Source: Bdellovibrio sp. ZAP7 (GTDB lineage: Bacteria; Bdellovibrionota; FAC87; UBA2466). From it: 64,000 nt of DNA. This document shows, piece after piece, positions 19,263 to 28,049 of the stretch; within the stretch, counting starts at the first letter, position 1, and the number at the start of each line of letters is the position of its first letter. A model generated the notes under the pieces. That model searched no databases, was not told the origin of the DNA, and worked only from the letters and a program-made list of their open reading frames with translations. The DNA lies in assembly GCA_945878405.1 (NCBI GenBank), contig CAMCTJ010000001.1, positions 70,304 through 134,303 of the forward strand, given 5' to 3'. The translations under genes and the position numbers were made by a program.

Positions 19263-20061
19263 AATAAGATTTTGCCAGAATTTCCTCGACCAAACCTCGA
19301 CGATCGCCCTTAGAGTTAATTGATCGGCGAGAAACAATGGTCACCAATTCCCAATTTCGGAATAGCTTTTTTACAAAGGGGGCTGAAGAGTTTGAGATAG
19401 CGACTTGAGCTCCTCGAGCGACAGCTCTTTCAGAAGCTTCCAAGAGCCGGATCTGGTCCTTCTTATTAAATCCTTTAAAAGTGTAACTATTAAAAGAAGA
19501 AGTCACTGAAAGCGGTTCATAGGGAGGATCACAGTAAATAAAATCTCCTGGTCCTGCCAAATCTATGACTTCTTCAAAATCTAAATTGAGCAGTTTGGTT
19601 TTCTTTAACCGCTTAGAGAGTTCCATGATCTGAGGGCGTTCGTAGATTTTGGGCAAACGGGGCCTTTTTCCAAAAGGGACATTAAACTCCCCTCGGGAAT
19701 TTTGACGATAAAGCCCGTTGAAGCAGGTTTTATTAAGAAAAAGAGTGCGTGCCGCTTTCTTTACGTGCAATTTCGGTTTGGCAGCTCTTAATTCGTAGTA
19801 AAACTTTTCTGAATATTTTTCGCCAAGAAGATCTAACTCCCGCATCAGCTGGCGAGGCTCATCGCGAATGATTTCATAAAGATTAGTAATCTCGGTATTA
19901 AAGTCGTTGATCACCGATTTCTTTGCTTGGTCCAGTGCTAAAAAGACTGCCCCTCCCCCAAGGAAAGGTTCAAAGTAGCGATTAAAAGATTGGGGAAAGT
20001 GTTTAATAAGCTGTGGAATGAGGCTCGTCTTTCCACCTGCCCACTTCAAAACCGGTTTCAT
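19261..20061 (-). CDS. dam: Dam-family DNA adenine methyltransferase (orphan)
   Basis: LKWAGGK, EPFLGGGAV, FNGLYRQN..GEFNVPFG, DPPY; start moved to ATG 20061; target site not established. Confidence 0.9.
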   Translation of the reverse strand: MKPVLKWAGGKTSLIPQLIKHFPQSFNRYFEPFLGGGAVFLALDQAKKSVINDFNTEITNLYEIIRDEPRQLMRELDLLGEKYSEKFYYELRAAKPKLHVKKAARTLFLNKTCFNGLYRQNSRGEFNVPFGKRPRLPKIYERPQIMELSKRLKKTKLLNLDFEEVIDLAGPGDFIYCDPPYEPLSVTSSFNSYTFKGFNKKDQIRLLEASERAVARGAQVAISNSSAPFVKKLFRNWELVTIVSRRSINSKGDRRGLVEEILAKSY

Positions 20062-20134
20062 GACTGGCAAACCTTAGAATCAAATTTAGGAAAAGTCCAA
20101 AAACAAAGGTAAAATACTAAAAAAAGGGGGCTCC

Positions 20135-20776
20135 ATGAAATTAGTCATTCTGAGTTTATTCTTCCTCTGCCTGAGTGCCTCGGTATTCGCCGCTGATCCG
20201 GAATCCTTAGTCGGTCAGAAAGCTCCTTATAAATTGGATAAAAATCCCAAGAGAACCACTTCCATGCTTAAAGATGGAACCTTCCTAGCAACAATAAAAA
20301 GCTATCACGCTAATTTAAGTTCAGGGCCCGCAATGGAAGTCGACCTGGATTATAAGTTCAACGTTCAGTTCATGGGCGAACAAACGGGAGTAGAAACTGG
20401 CTTTCTCGACTACGAATACTTTACCCCCGAATTCATGGAGAAACTTCGAAAAGACGGTAAGTACGAATCCGAGAACTTCAAAGCAATCCACCAAGGCTTT
20501 AAAAATGTAAAAACCCTTCAAGGGAAATCGTATCCGAACTGCGATGTGGTTCTTTTGTATGACATTAAAGACAGCGTCAACAATCGTCTGAAAAGTATGC
20601 TCTCCGAATTTTTAGCTACCATTGTTCAAGCGGAGACTAAGGCTGATATCCAAGACATGAAAGTTTTAGTTCACATCTATCCAAGCATCCCCGTGCTCAG
20701 CGCAGCCCTCATCGATGTTAGCGGAAAATACGATGGAATGGCTGTGAAGGCCGGGGCTGATTACCAAGCACCCTGA
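20135..20776 (+). CDS. secreted hypothetical protein
   Basis: Signal peptide ending SVFA; GGGGG SD. Confidence 0.7.
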   Translation: MKLVILSLFFLCLSASVFAADPESLVGQKAPYKLDKNPKRTTSMLKDGTFLATIKSYHANLSSGPAMEVDLDYKFNVQFMGEQTGVETGFLDYEYFTPEFMEKLRKDGKYESENFKAIHQGFKNVKTLQGKSYPNCDVVLLYDIKDSVNNRLKSMLSEFLATIVQAETKADIQDMKVLVHIYPSIPVLSAALIDVSGKYDGMAVKAGADYQAP

Positions 20777-20785
20777 ATTTGAACC

Positions 20786-20977
20786 ATGGGACACGAGCAG
20801 TTTTTCAATTGCCCCTATTGCCATGAAACGATTTCCATGGTCCTTGACACCTCCATCGAGGGCTTTCAAGAATATATCGAGGATTGTGAAGTTTGTTGTC
20901 GGCCGATTCAGATTGAATATGAATCGGATGGAAATGAAGTGATCAGTTTTGAATCTCGGGGCATTCAACAAGGATGA
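20786..20977 (+). CDS. CPXCG-motif cysteine-rich protein
   Basis: CPYCHE...QEYIEDCEVCCRPI. Confidence 0.85.
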   Translation: MGHEQFFNCPYCHETISMVLDTSIEGFQEYIEDCEVCCRPIQIEYESDGNEVISFESRGIQQG

Positions 20978-21618
20978 GCCCCGAACAGAAATGCCCTCTC
21001 TGTGGTGAGCTCGGCCAGTTTTCCGCGGTAACTAACCTGAAGCGAGTCTTTTTCAGGTGTCCTTCATGTGATCTTCTTTTTGTGGATCCCTCTCACCTTC
21101 TTTCACCAGAAAAAGAAAAGAAACGTTACGAGAGTCACAACAACGATATTCAGGATCCCCGCTATCAAGATTTTCTAAGACCCCTCTACGAAGTCGTTCA
21201 CCAAACATTTCCCCCGACAGCTAAGGGGTTAGACTTTGGTGCAGGTCCGGGCCCTGCACTGAGTGAAATGCTAAAGAAGCAGGGTTTCGAAATAGAGTTG
21301 TATGACCCCTTTTTTTGGCCCAATAAAAAAGTGCTGGATACCCAGTATGATTTTATTTCTGCCTCTGAAGTCGTAGAACATTTTTCAGATCCCAGCAGGG
21401 AATTCAAATTACTCAGATCGCTTCTAAAACCGGAGGGGGCTCTCTTTGTGATGACCTTACCCCACACCCCGGAAGTTGACGTGAGCCAGTGGTATTACTT
21501 AAAAGATCCGACTCATGTTTGCGCTTACTCGAAAACTACTTTTGATTGGGTCCAACGCAACTTTGGCTTCAGAAAACTCCAGTTTCAAGAACCTCGAATT
21601 GTCAGCTTTTTCACTTAG
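20974..21618 (+). CDS. class I SAM-dependent methyltransferase with N-terminal Zn-ribbon
   Basis: CPLC..CPSC, LDFGAGPG, EVVEHF, WYYLKDPTHV. Confidence 0.88.
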   Translation: MSPEQKCPLCGELGQFSAVTNLKRVFFRCPSCDLLFVDPSHLLSPEKEKKRYESHNNDIQDPRYQDFLRPLYEVVHQTFPPTAKGLDFGAGPGPALSEMLKKQGFEIELYDPFFWPNKKVLDTQYDFISASEVVEHFSDPSREFKLLRSLLKPEGALFVMTLPHTPEVDVSQWYYLKDPTHVCAYSKTTFDWVQRNFGFRKLQFQEPRIVSFFT

Positions 21619-21637
21619 AATTTTCACAATTCTCAAA

Positions 21638-21664
21638 TCAAGTTTTACTTCCGAAACCCGATAA
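21638..21664 (+). promoter_or_regulatory. putative sigma28 promoter
   Basis: TCAAG-N14-CCCGATAA, 29 nt before the ATG at 21694. Confidence 0.65.
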
Positions 21665-21693
21665 CGCATGGCAGTGCCTAGTAAGGGGGAAAC

Positions 21694-22821
21694 ATGCGTC
21701 TTTTCTTGATTCTTTTGGCTCTTATTTCTTTCACGGGTTTTTCTCAAGAATGTTCTCACCTTTGGCAATCTGACTTAGCTACTGGAACTATAGGCCCTAA
21801 AGGCTATTTGGGAGACACACACGCAGCTTATGGGATCCAGGCTTTTTTAAATGATGGAACAAAATACTATGTCGTGAAAGGCCGATTTCCAAAGGCACGC
21901 TTTTTTAGTGTAGAAACCTACGAGGGAAGAAAAAATGGAGCGGGTAAATCCGTTTTTGACTCAAACATCATTCCGGATTCTGGTTCGGTGAATCCTTTCA
22001 CCGATGGCGTTGCGCTCAATGCTGAACCAAGAGATTACACTCTCTTTATTGCTCCTGAGGGTTCTCCCCAATTTGGTCCCAATCAGCTGAACTTCAACAA
22101 ACGGCAAAGATATATCTCTTTTTATATTCGCTATTATGTACCCAGCTTTGGAGCACAAGTTACCGTTGCCGATCTACCACAGGTGGAAGCGTATGATCTG
22201 AAGACACGCCAACCTACTTCTTGTTCTAAATCTTGGCCTGTCGAAAATTTTACGAACTACCCCCAATTTCTGGGTAGTCTTTCCCAAAAACCAGAAGGGG
22301 TTTTTTCTTTTGGCCAAGCAAAGTGGAACAAAGGCGCCAACTCGGCTGTGGGAAAGTACGCCGAGGGCCACAGTGAAATGCGTTTTGATGAAGTCGCTTT
22401 GATTCGATTTAAAGCGCCTTCCTTTTTCAATTCATTTTCGGGACTGGGTACTTTTAATAACTCAGCTCAAGTGCGGTACTGGTCACTTTGCGAAAAGAAT
22501 TTTCCGAATAATCAGGGATTGGTTTGCTTGGCAGATTATTTAACTCCTCCTGACAAAAATGGATATGTAACTGTGGTTACTGGGAGCGGTGAGGACATCA
22601 AAGCCGAAGCCGGTAGAAGAGGTTATTATTTCATGCCCGATATGCGCCCAAAAAATGCAGTGATGATCCTTTTTGCATTTAGAAATATTTTGCCATCTGC
22701 TGATTTCAAACAGAATGACCAATACAAGGGAGACTACAATCCTCAAATGAGAATCTGTAAGGAATCTGAGTTTCTCGAGGGAAGCTGTGAGTGGTGGTCG
22801 ACTAATCAGGCTTCAGAGTGA
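21694..22821 (+). CDS. secreted hypothetical protein
   Basis: Signal peptide; GRFPKARFFS, PDSGSVNPF, RYWSLC motifs; AAGGGG SD. Confidence 0.7.
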   Translation: MRLFLILLALISFTGFSQECSHLWQSDLATGTIGPKGYLGDTHAAYGIQAFLNDGTKYYVVKGRFPKARFFSVETYEGRKNGAGKSVFDSNIIPDSGSVNPFTDGVALNAEPRDYTLFIAPEGSPQFGPNQLNFNKRQRYISFYIRYYVPSFGAQVTVADLPQVEAYDLKTRQPTSCSKSWPVENFTNYPQFLGSLSQKPEGVFSFGQAKWNKGANSAVGKYAEGHSEMRFDEVALIRFKAPSFFNSFSGLGTFNNSAQVRYWSLCEKNFPNNQGLVCLADYLTPPDKNGYVTVVTGSGEDIKAEAGRRGYYFMPDMRPKNAVMILFAFRNILPSADFKQNDQYKGDYNPQMRICKESEFLEGSCEWWSTNQASE

Positions 22822-22825
22822 GAAG

Positions 22826-23533
22826 CTAGGCGGCTTTTTTTCTAGATGAAAGCAACTCAAGCTGCTCCTGGAAAAATTTTCTCATCTTACCGTTTGTCTC
22901 AAGAGCAACGCACTTTTGAAAGGCAGTTGCTGCTAACTGTGGGTTGTCTAGCTCTTTGGAAATAGCAGCTAAGCAAGCCCAAGCCCGCAAGAATTGGGGC
23001 CGGACCCGTAGACATCTTTCCAAGTAAGGTATTGCAGCTACCGAATTCTTGTCATGCCAAAACAAATGCGCTCCTAAGGTAAAGAGGGCATGAGGATTCT
23101 CAGGAGAATGTCTAAGTACCCGCTCCAGAATCTCAACTCCTTTTTGGCAGTTATCCGAAGATAATTCAAAACGGGCTTGTATGATTTCGAGATAGTCATT
23201 GATTTCTGTATTGTTGGGACTTTTCATGAGAGCCATTCCCAATAGTGCCCGAGTGCGGCCGTTGGGACCCTCGCTCTCAATCATGATTTTTGAACAAAGT
23301 AACAAGAGGGCGGGATCATCCTCGTATTTTTCAGTAGAACGCAGAACCTCTTGTATATAAGTTAAGGCCGATTCGATTTGGCCCTTACGGTAAAGTTTGA
23401 GAAGCGTGGAATAGGCAGGAGTCTGCGATTTTTCAAGACCGGCACCTGTCATAACCGATTTGCAATAGGGGCAGATTCCTAAAGAGGGGCCGCTAGTTGC
23501 CCCGCAATTGTCACAAACTGTTTGAAAACTCAT
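22826..23533 (-). CDS. TPR protein with N-terminal Zn-ribbon
   Basis: CDNCG..CPYC, then TPR-like helices; start moved to ATG 23533 (ATGA overlap with upstream stop). Confidence 0.78.
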   Translation of the reverse strand: MSFQTVCDNCGATSGPSLGICPYCKSVMTGAGLEKSQTPAYSTLLKLYRKGQIESALTYIQEVLRSTEKYEDDPALLLLCSKIMIESEGPNGRTRALLGMALMKSPNNTEINDYLEIIQARFELSSDNCQKGVEILERVLRHSPENPHALFTLGAHLFWHDKNSVAAIPYLERCLRVRPQFLRAWACLAAISKELDNPQLAATAFQKCVALETNGKMRKFFQEQLELLSSRKKAA

Positions 23534-24504
23534 AGGAGTTCCTTTCCACATTTCGGACAAAATTTAAAATCAGAAGCATTCGAAGAACCACATTGGCACA
23601 GTTTGGTCGAACTAACCCCAGCAGGTATTTTCTCAGGTTTGGGGCGATTATCTACACCAGCAAAAAGATTTCGACCTAACATGAGCCCCATCATCATATG
23701 CATAGGATCACCCTTGGCACCACTCGAACTGCCTCCAGCATTAAGCGACTCTAAAGTAGAAGCGGCTTTGTAAAGTAAGTACTCTCGGTTATCACCAATG
23801 AGCTGCATAGCTGCGCTCGCATCCATAGCCGACAAAATTTCTTTCGAAGGAAGGACAGAGAGGAGTTGGAGATCCTCTAGCCTAATACCATAAACACCCA
23901 ATGAATCGCCCACAAGATCGCTGAGTTCTCTAGCAATCATGGGCTGTCTCGTGCTGAGTTCGGAAAGGTGGGCAACTCCTTTTAGAGCTATCGGTAGGTT
24001 TTGGATTATCGCTCCTTGAACCAATTCCTCAATATCCGTAATGCTGAAGGCCGTTCGACTTCCCATCAGTTTTAGAAAAAACCTTTTGGGATTTGATATC
24101 TGAATATTGTATTGCCCAAAAGCTCGCACCGGAATCGAGCTACCGGAGATTTCAACAACGGCCGGATGGCTGGTACCCCACCGTCTCGCAGTGAATTGGC
24201 TCGCCGAAAAAAAATAAAGTTCGGTTCTCACTGGACTTTGAAACCCAAATTTCACATTCTTTATCTTCGTTAGGATGGGAAGGTTTTCAGAAGTGAGCAA
24301 ATGGGTTCCCGGACCCAAAAAATCGGTTATTTGCCCTCGATGAACAACTAAAACTCCCTGGTTTGGTCGGACAATGACGGCCGTTCCTTGATAAAGATCT
24401 GCCAAACCTTCGAAAGGAACTCGGGCACAAAGTATGCTGCCGGAAGGATCCTGATACTCGTAGATGCCACGAAAGAAGAGACTTTGTTGAGCGACTTTAG
24501 GCAC
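23530..24504 (-). CDS. SPFH/Band-7 (YdjI-like) protein with C-terminal Zn-ribbon
   Basis: PGTHLL..ENLP.L, WGT..P, RAFGQY, CQCG..FCPKCG; GGAGG SD before GTG. Confidence 0.85.
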   Translation of the reverse strand: MPKVAQQSLFFRGIYEYQDPSGSILCARVPFEGLADLYQGTAVIVRPNQGVLVVHRGQITDFLGPGTHLLTSENLPILTKIKNVKFGFQSPVRTELYFFSASQFTARRWGTSHPAVVEISGSSIPVRAFGQYNIQISNPKRFFLKLMGSRTAFSITDIEELVQGAIIQNLPIALKGVAHLSELSTRQPMIARELSDLVGDSLGVYGIRLEDLQLLSVLPSKEILSAMDASAAMQLIGDNREYLLYKAASTLESLNAGGSSSGAKGDPMHMMMGLMLGRNLFAGVDNRPKPEKIPAGVSSTKLCQCGSSNASDFKFCPKCGKELL

Positions 24505-24710
24505 AGAAACCTCCTGGAAGGCTTGTCTGTATTATTAACCCCACTTAATCCTATCAGAGTTCGTATTTCGCACCCTAAGCATCAATTGTGAAGATTTATA
24601 AGTTCATGAATCTGCAAAAAAAAGGCACTGCTTCGTACTTGTTGGACAATTGATAACGGTATTTCGGAAAACCAGATAGGCTTCTGAGCGAAATGCGGTA
24701 ATGTCAGAGG

Positions 24711-25025
24711 ATGGTGAAACTTTTGGTTCTCATCTCCTTTGTTATCCCATTGCTCACTTCCGCGGCACACGCTTGCTGTTGTAGCAAGGAAGAATCAAAG
24801 TCAGACCAGAGCTCGCACTCCTCCTGCCACGAAGTATCTTCGCAAAGCAAAGGCGATGTCGAGCAGCCAAAGACCCAGTGCCCGAAGACCTGCTGCACGC
24901 TGGTAGCTCTGGCCACTAAATATAGCTTCTCTATCACTGCATCGTCTGAGCTTCTTTCAACTTCTCTTGCTCAGATGCCTGCGAACGTCTTCTACGACTC
25001 GCAGAAGCCACCTCCTAGAGTCTAA
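24711..25025 (+). CDS. Cys-rich small exported-type protein with C-terminal PPPR (DUF2946-like leader?)
   Basis: Signal-like N-terminus ending AHA, CCC, CH, CPKTCC, ends QKPPPRV. Confidence 0.6.
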   Translation: MVKLLVLISFVIPLLTSAAHACCCSKEESKSDQSSHSSCHEVSSQSKGDVEQPKTQCPKTCCTLVALATKYSFSITASSELLSTSLAQMPANVFYDSQKPPPRV

Positions 25026-25118
25026 GACCTCCGCATTTTTGCTTAATCAAGAAAGGTGGAACGACCCTCTCCAAGGGGAGTTGTGTCCTGCCCACCACAA
25101 ACATAATTGGAGAATCTG

Positions 25119-25370
25119 ATGAAACAGTTAACGGTTACAGGGCTGCTGTCTTTGATGGCGGTCACATTCATATCAATGTATTCGCCCAGCGCGCTCGCTT
25201 CCCACGAAGGGAACGAACACGCGGTAAGCGATAACCAAACAAAGGCCCCTTGCCACTGCGTGGACAAGGAAAAAGCCGGAGGTTGTGAGTCGTGTGAGTG
25301 TGAAGAAGGATGTGATTGCTGCGAAGAAGGCTGTGGCTGCGATTGCTGCAAGCCTGAATCGAAGCAGTAA
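25119..25370 (+). CDS. secreted metallothionein-like cysteine-rich peptide
   Basis: GGAG SD before ATG 25119; signal peptide ending ALA; 12 Cys in a 33-residue C-terminal stretch. Confidence 0.7.
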   Translation: MKQLTVTGLLSLMAVTFISMYSPSALASHEGNEHAVSDNQTKAPCHCVDKEKAGGCESCECEEGCDCCEEGCGCDCCKPESKQ

Positions 25371-25387
25371 TTGAATCCGTAGTTCCG

Positions 25388-25419
25388 GCGGCCGGTTGTT
25401 ATGCGACCGGCCGCTTTTT
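25388..25419 (+). terminator. intrinsic terminator
   Basis: GCGGCCGGTTG-TTATG-CGACCGGCCGC followed by TTTTT. Confidence 0.88.
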
Positions 25420-25590
25420 ATTTTCTGGACAGAACGATACTCAGATTTCTGAAACGGGCGGCAACAGTTATCGTTATACTCTGCTGAAAGTTTTTCTGAT
25501 TTTAATGTAAATCCGTTGGGCATCTTCTGCATTGTTTTGACGGCTGAATAAGCCTGTGAAAGAGCGGAATATCTTTTGCACCTCTTTATT

Positions 25591-26532
25591 ATGCTATTTA
25601 GAAATAGATTTTTCTCGGCGTTTTGTTTGGTTTTGGCTTTAAGTCTACTGAGCGGGTGTGAGTTTGACCTGGCTGGACTGTTTCCACCCACACCTTCTGA
25701 TCCTCCAGAGGTTTGTGCTTACCTGCAAACTAGTGTTGTTACAGATATGACTGAAGGATACGCTGCTGGCAATTTGGAAATCGACGAATCATCCAGTATG
25801 AATAAGTTTCCTCGGTCTGCTGTTGTTTCATCCGGGGAATGCACTAGTCCACTTATAAGATTGGTGCTTTCAGATTTCGAGAGTTCATTTCATTTGGGAC
25901 CTGACGGCGCCACACTCTCTGATGTAATTATTTCTTTTCATCCAAACGTGATACTCAATAAGGAGTATATTTTAAATTCTTCTGAGGAGGAAAGTCCGAT
26001 TCAAGTGGAAATGCATTCGGTAGAGAGGAATTCTTGCTTGTCCATCGTGCGCGTTCACTTACTAGAAGAGGCCCGTATCAAGATCACCGCGCTACCCCAA
26101 AAGATCACGGAACCAGATGAGATGAAGCTTTCCTTTTCTCTATCCATTGATGGAAGTCATGTTCTGAAAGGTCAGTTCTCAGGAGTGGTTCCACTTCCAA
26201 GAGATAGTTATTTCTCGAATTCGGACCCGGTACAATGCGAGCGTGAATATAATGCGGTTTCGAATTATCAGTCTCAGCTAGCGACAGTAGACTTGTGTCA
26301 GAGAAATAGCGATTGCATCCTGAGCGATATTACTCGTAAGAATAGTTGTATGCCTCTTTCGGTTAACAAGAATGCCACAAGCCTCGATGCTTTACGAAGT
26401 GCCGTTGAAGAGTACGAAGAGGTGTTTCCCTCTTATTATAACCGTTGCTATTATTATGGCGTTAACAGTGTCGTCTTGCCTGCCTGCGGAAATGGCCATT
26501 GCAAATCGGGTCTATACGAAAAAGTTTACTAG
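25591..26532 (+). CDS. putative lipoprotein with Cys-rich C-terminus
   Basis: Lipobox LSGC; start moved to ATG 25591. Confidence 0.65.
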   Translation: MLFRNRFFSAFCLVLALSLLSGCEFDLAGLFPPTPSDPPEVCAYLQTSVVTDMTEGYAAGNLEIDESSSMNKFPRSAVVSSGECTSPLIRLVLSDFESSFHLGPDGATLSDVIISFHPNVILNKEYILNSSEEESPIQVEMHSVERNSCLSIVRVHLLEEARIKITALPQKITEPDEMKLSFSLSIDGSHVLKGQFSGVVPLPRDSYFSNSDPVQCEREYNAVSNYQSQLATVDLCQRNSDCILSDITRKNSCMPLSVNKNATSLDALRSAVEEYEEVFPSYYNRCYYYGVNSVVLPACGNGHCKSGLYEKVY

Positions 26533-26541
26533 ATTTTTATC

Positions 26542-26633
26542 TGGCGGAGAGGAGAGGATTCGAACCTCCGATACAGTGTTACCCGTATAACGGTTTAGCA
26601 AACCGCCGCCTTCGACCACTCGGCCACCTCTCC
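26542..26633 (-). tRNA. tRNA-Ser (anticodon GCT)
   Basis: Reverse complement GGAGAGG...GCGGT-TTGCTAA-ACCGT, long variable arm, GTTCGAATC, GCCA end. Confidence 0.95.
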
Positions 26634-26691
26634 ACAAGCTTGGAAAGAAACTAAACTTTTATCACCTGACTCCCGCTCATTCAAACACTTC

Positions 26692-26781
26692 TGGCGGAGA
26701 GGGGGGGATTCGAACCCCCGATACCCTTACGGGTATAACGGTTTTCAAGACCGCCGCTTTCAACCACTCAGCCACCTCTCC
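26692..26781 (-). tRNA. tRNA-Ser (anticodon TGA)
   Basis: Reverse complement GGAGAGG...GCGGT-CTTGAAA-ACCGT, long variable arm, GCCA end. Confidence 0.95.
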
Positions 26782-26800
26782 TTGGAGTCAACAGAGCCCT

Positions 26801-28024
26801 ATGTTATATCTCCCCCTAGCGATGACGGCTATTCCAAATTTACAATTTCCTTGGGCTACTTTGCGAGTGCCATTAGAAGGGATGTCGTGCCTTGACATAC
26901 CGCGTCTATCTATCCGCACCATGGAAGAGGCAACGGCTTTCATCCAAGCTTACGGGTTTGATCCCAACCAAAAGGGAGACCTGATTCTTCTGTGGAAATT
27001 TTTTGATGATGCTGTGGATTTCCTGGAAAAATCACTGAACGATCCTGATTACCCAAAAGTTCCCGATCATTTACGCAGTCGCGAATCCATTCAAGATATC
27101 CGGCGGCTCCTCATTCTGGCATCGGGGGAACTGGGAACTCTGGAACAGACTTTTAGCTGCGCGATTTTGAGGATCATGCACGGTTTGATTCACTTATCGT
27201 TTGATCCTCGCCACAAATTTTTTCATCAAATGCAGATTCAAGTGTTATCCCGATTGGATCGGTATCTCCATGTCGATGCAGAATCCGGAGCAACCTACTT
27301 AGGTAAGGGCATCGAGGGCGAGGAGGGCATTAAGCTTCTCTTTTTCAAAAAGAAAGAAAGAAAAGATCGCTCGAGAGAAATGATTAAATTGCTTCACAAA
27401 GCAGATAGCGTTGTCGAAGAAATTTATGATCGAGTTGGGATTCGCCTGGTCACAGAAACAAAGCTGGATGCTCTTCAAGCAGTTAACTTTCTGATTGAGA
27501 AAAATATCGTGAGCATGCCCAATATTCGCCCAGCGCGCTCGAGAAATCGCCTCATTGATATCAAACGACTGAAATTTGAAATTGATAGAATTGCGACCCA
27601 TTTAAAAAAACAAGCTGAAACGCAGCCTTATGTAAAAAAGATGTTCAATCGTTTGGAAAGTCGAATTGGAACGCGACAACCCGGACGTAGCATTTTTAAC
27701 CCTCATAGCAGTGAGCACTATCGTGCGATTCAATTTACTTGTAGGGAGCTAGTGAGAGTTCAAAATCCCCTTCACCAAGCCTATACGGCAATTCAATCTC
27801 ATATCGAAAGCATTCCCGAGGGATCTCACCTGATCCAAGAGCTTTTTCCGGTCCCGCCAGCCACGCATGAGTTTGGATTTTTCCCTTACGAAGTACAAGT
27901 GATGGACGTGAAAGCCTATGCAGACAGCATTTTTGGAAAGAGCAATCACGACGAATACCGAAAGAAGCAACTTGACGCAGCAAGAAAACGTGTTTTTGGC
28001 CGAGAGCTCAACCCGCAAGACTGA
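26801..28024 (+). CDS. TIGR04552-like protein, RelA/SpoT-type nucleotidyltransferase fold
   Basis: LLHK..VVEEIYDRVGIRLVT, YRAIQFT, FPYEVQ, HDEYRK; start may be ATG 26822. Confidence 0.72.
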   Translation: MLYLPLAMTAIPNLQFPWATLRVPLEGMSCLDIPRLSIRTMEEATAFIQAYGFDPNQKGDLILLWKFFDDAVDFLEKSLNDPDYPKVPDHLRSRESIQDIRRLLILASGELGTLEQTFSCAILRIMHGLIHLSFDPRHKFFHQMQIQVLSRLDRYLHVDAESGATYLGKGIEGEEGIKLLFFKKKERKDRSREMIKLLHKADSVVEEIYDRVGIRLVTETKLDALQAVNFLIEKNIVSMPNIRPARSRNRLIDIKRLKFEIDRIATHLKKQAETQPYVKKMFNRLESRIGTRQPGRSIFNPHSSEHYRAIQFTCRELVRVQNPLHQAYTAIQSHIESIPEGSHLIQELFPVPPATHEFGFFPYEVQVMDVKAYADSIFGKSNHDEYRKKQLDAARKRVFGRELNPQD

Positions 28025-28049
28025 TTACGCCGTGATATAATAATTACCT

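Noticed and set aside
19261..20776. Restriction-modification system
   Set aside because: The neighbour of the methyltransferase has a signal peptide and no nuclease motif.
26372..26590. 72-aa ORF
   Set aside because: Overlaps the lipoprotein gene and the antisense of tRNA-Ser.
24600..26633. Genomic islet integrated at the tRNA-Ser(GCT) 3' end
   Set aside because: Accessory-looking genes abut the tRNA, but I found no duplicated tRNA 3' end (att) and no integrase.
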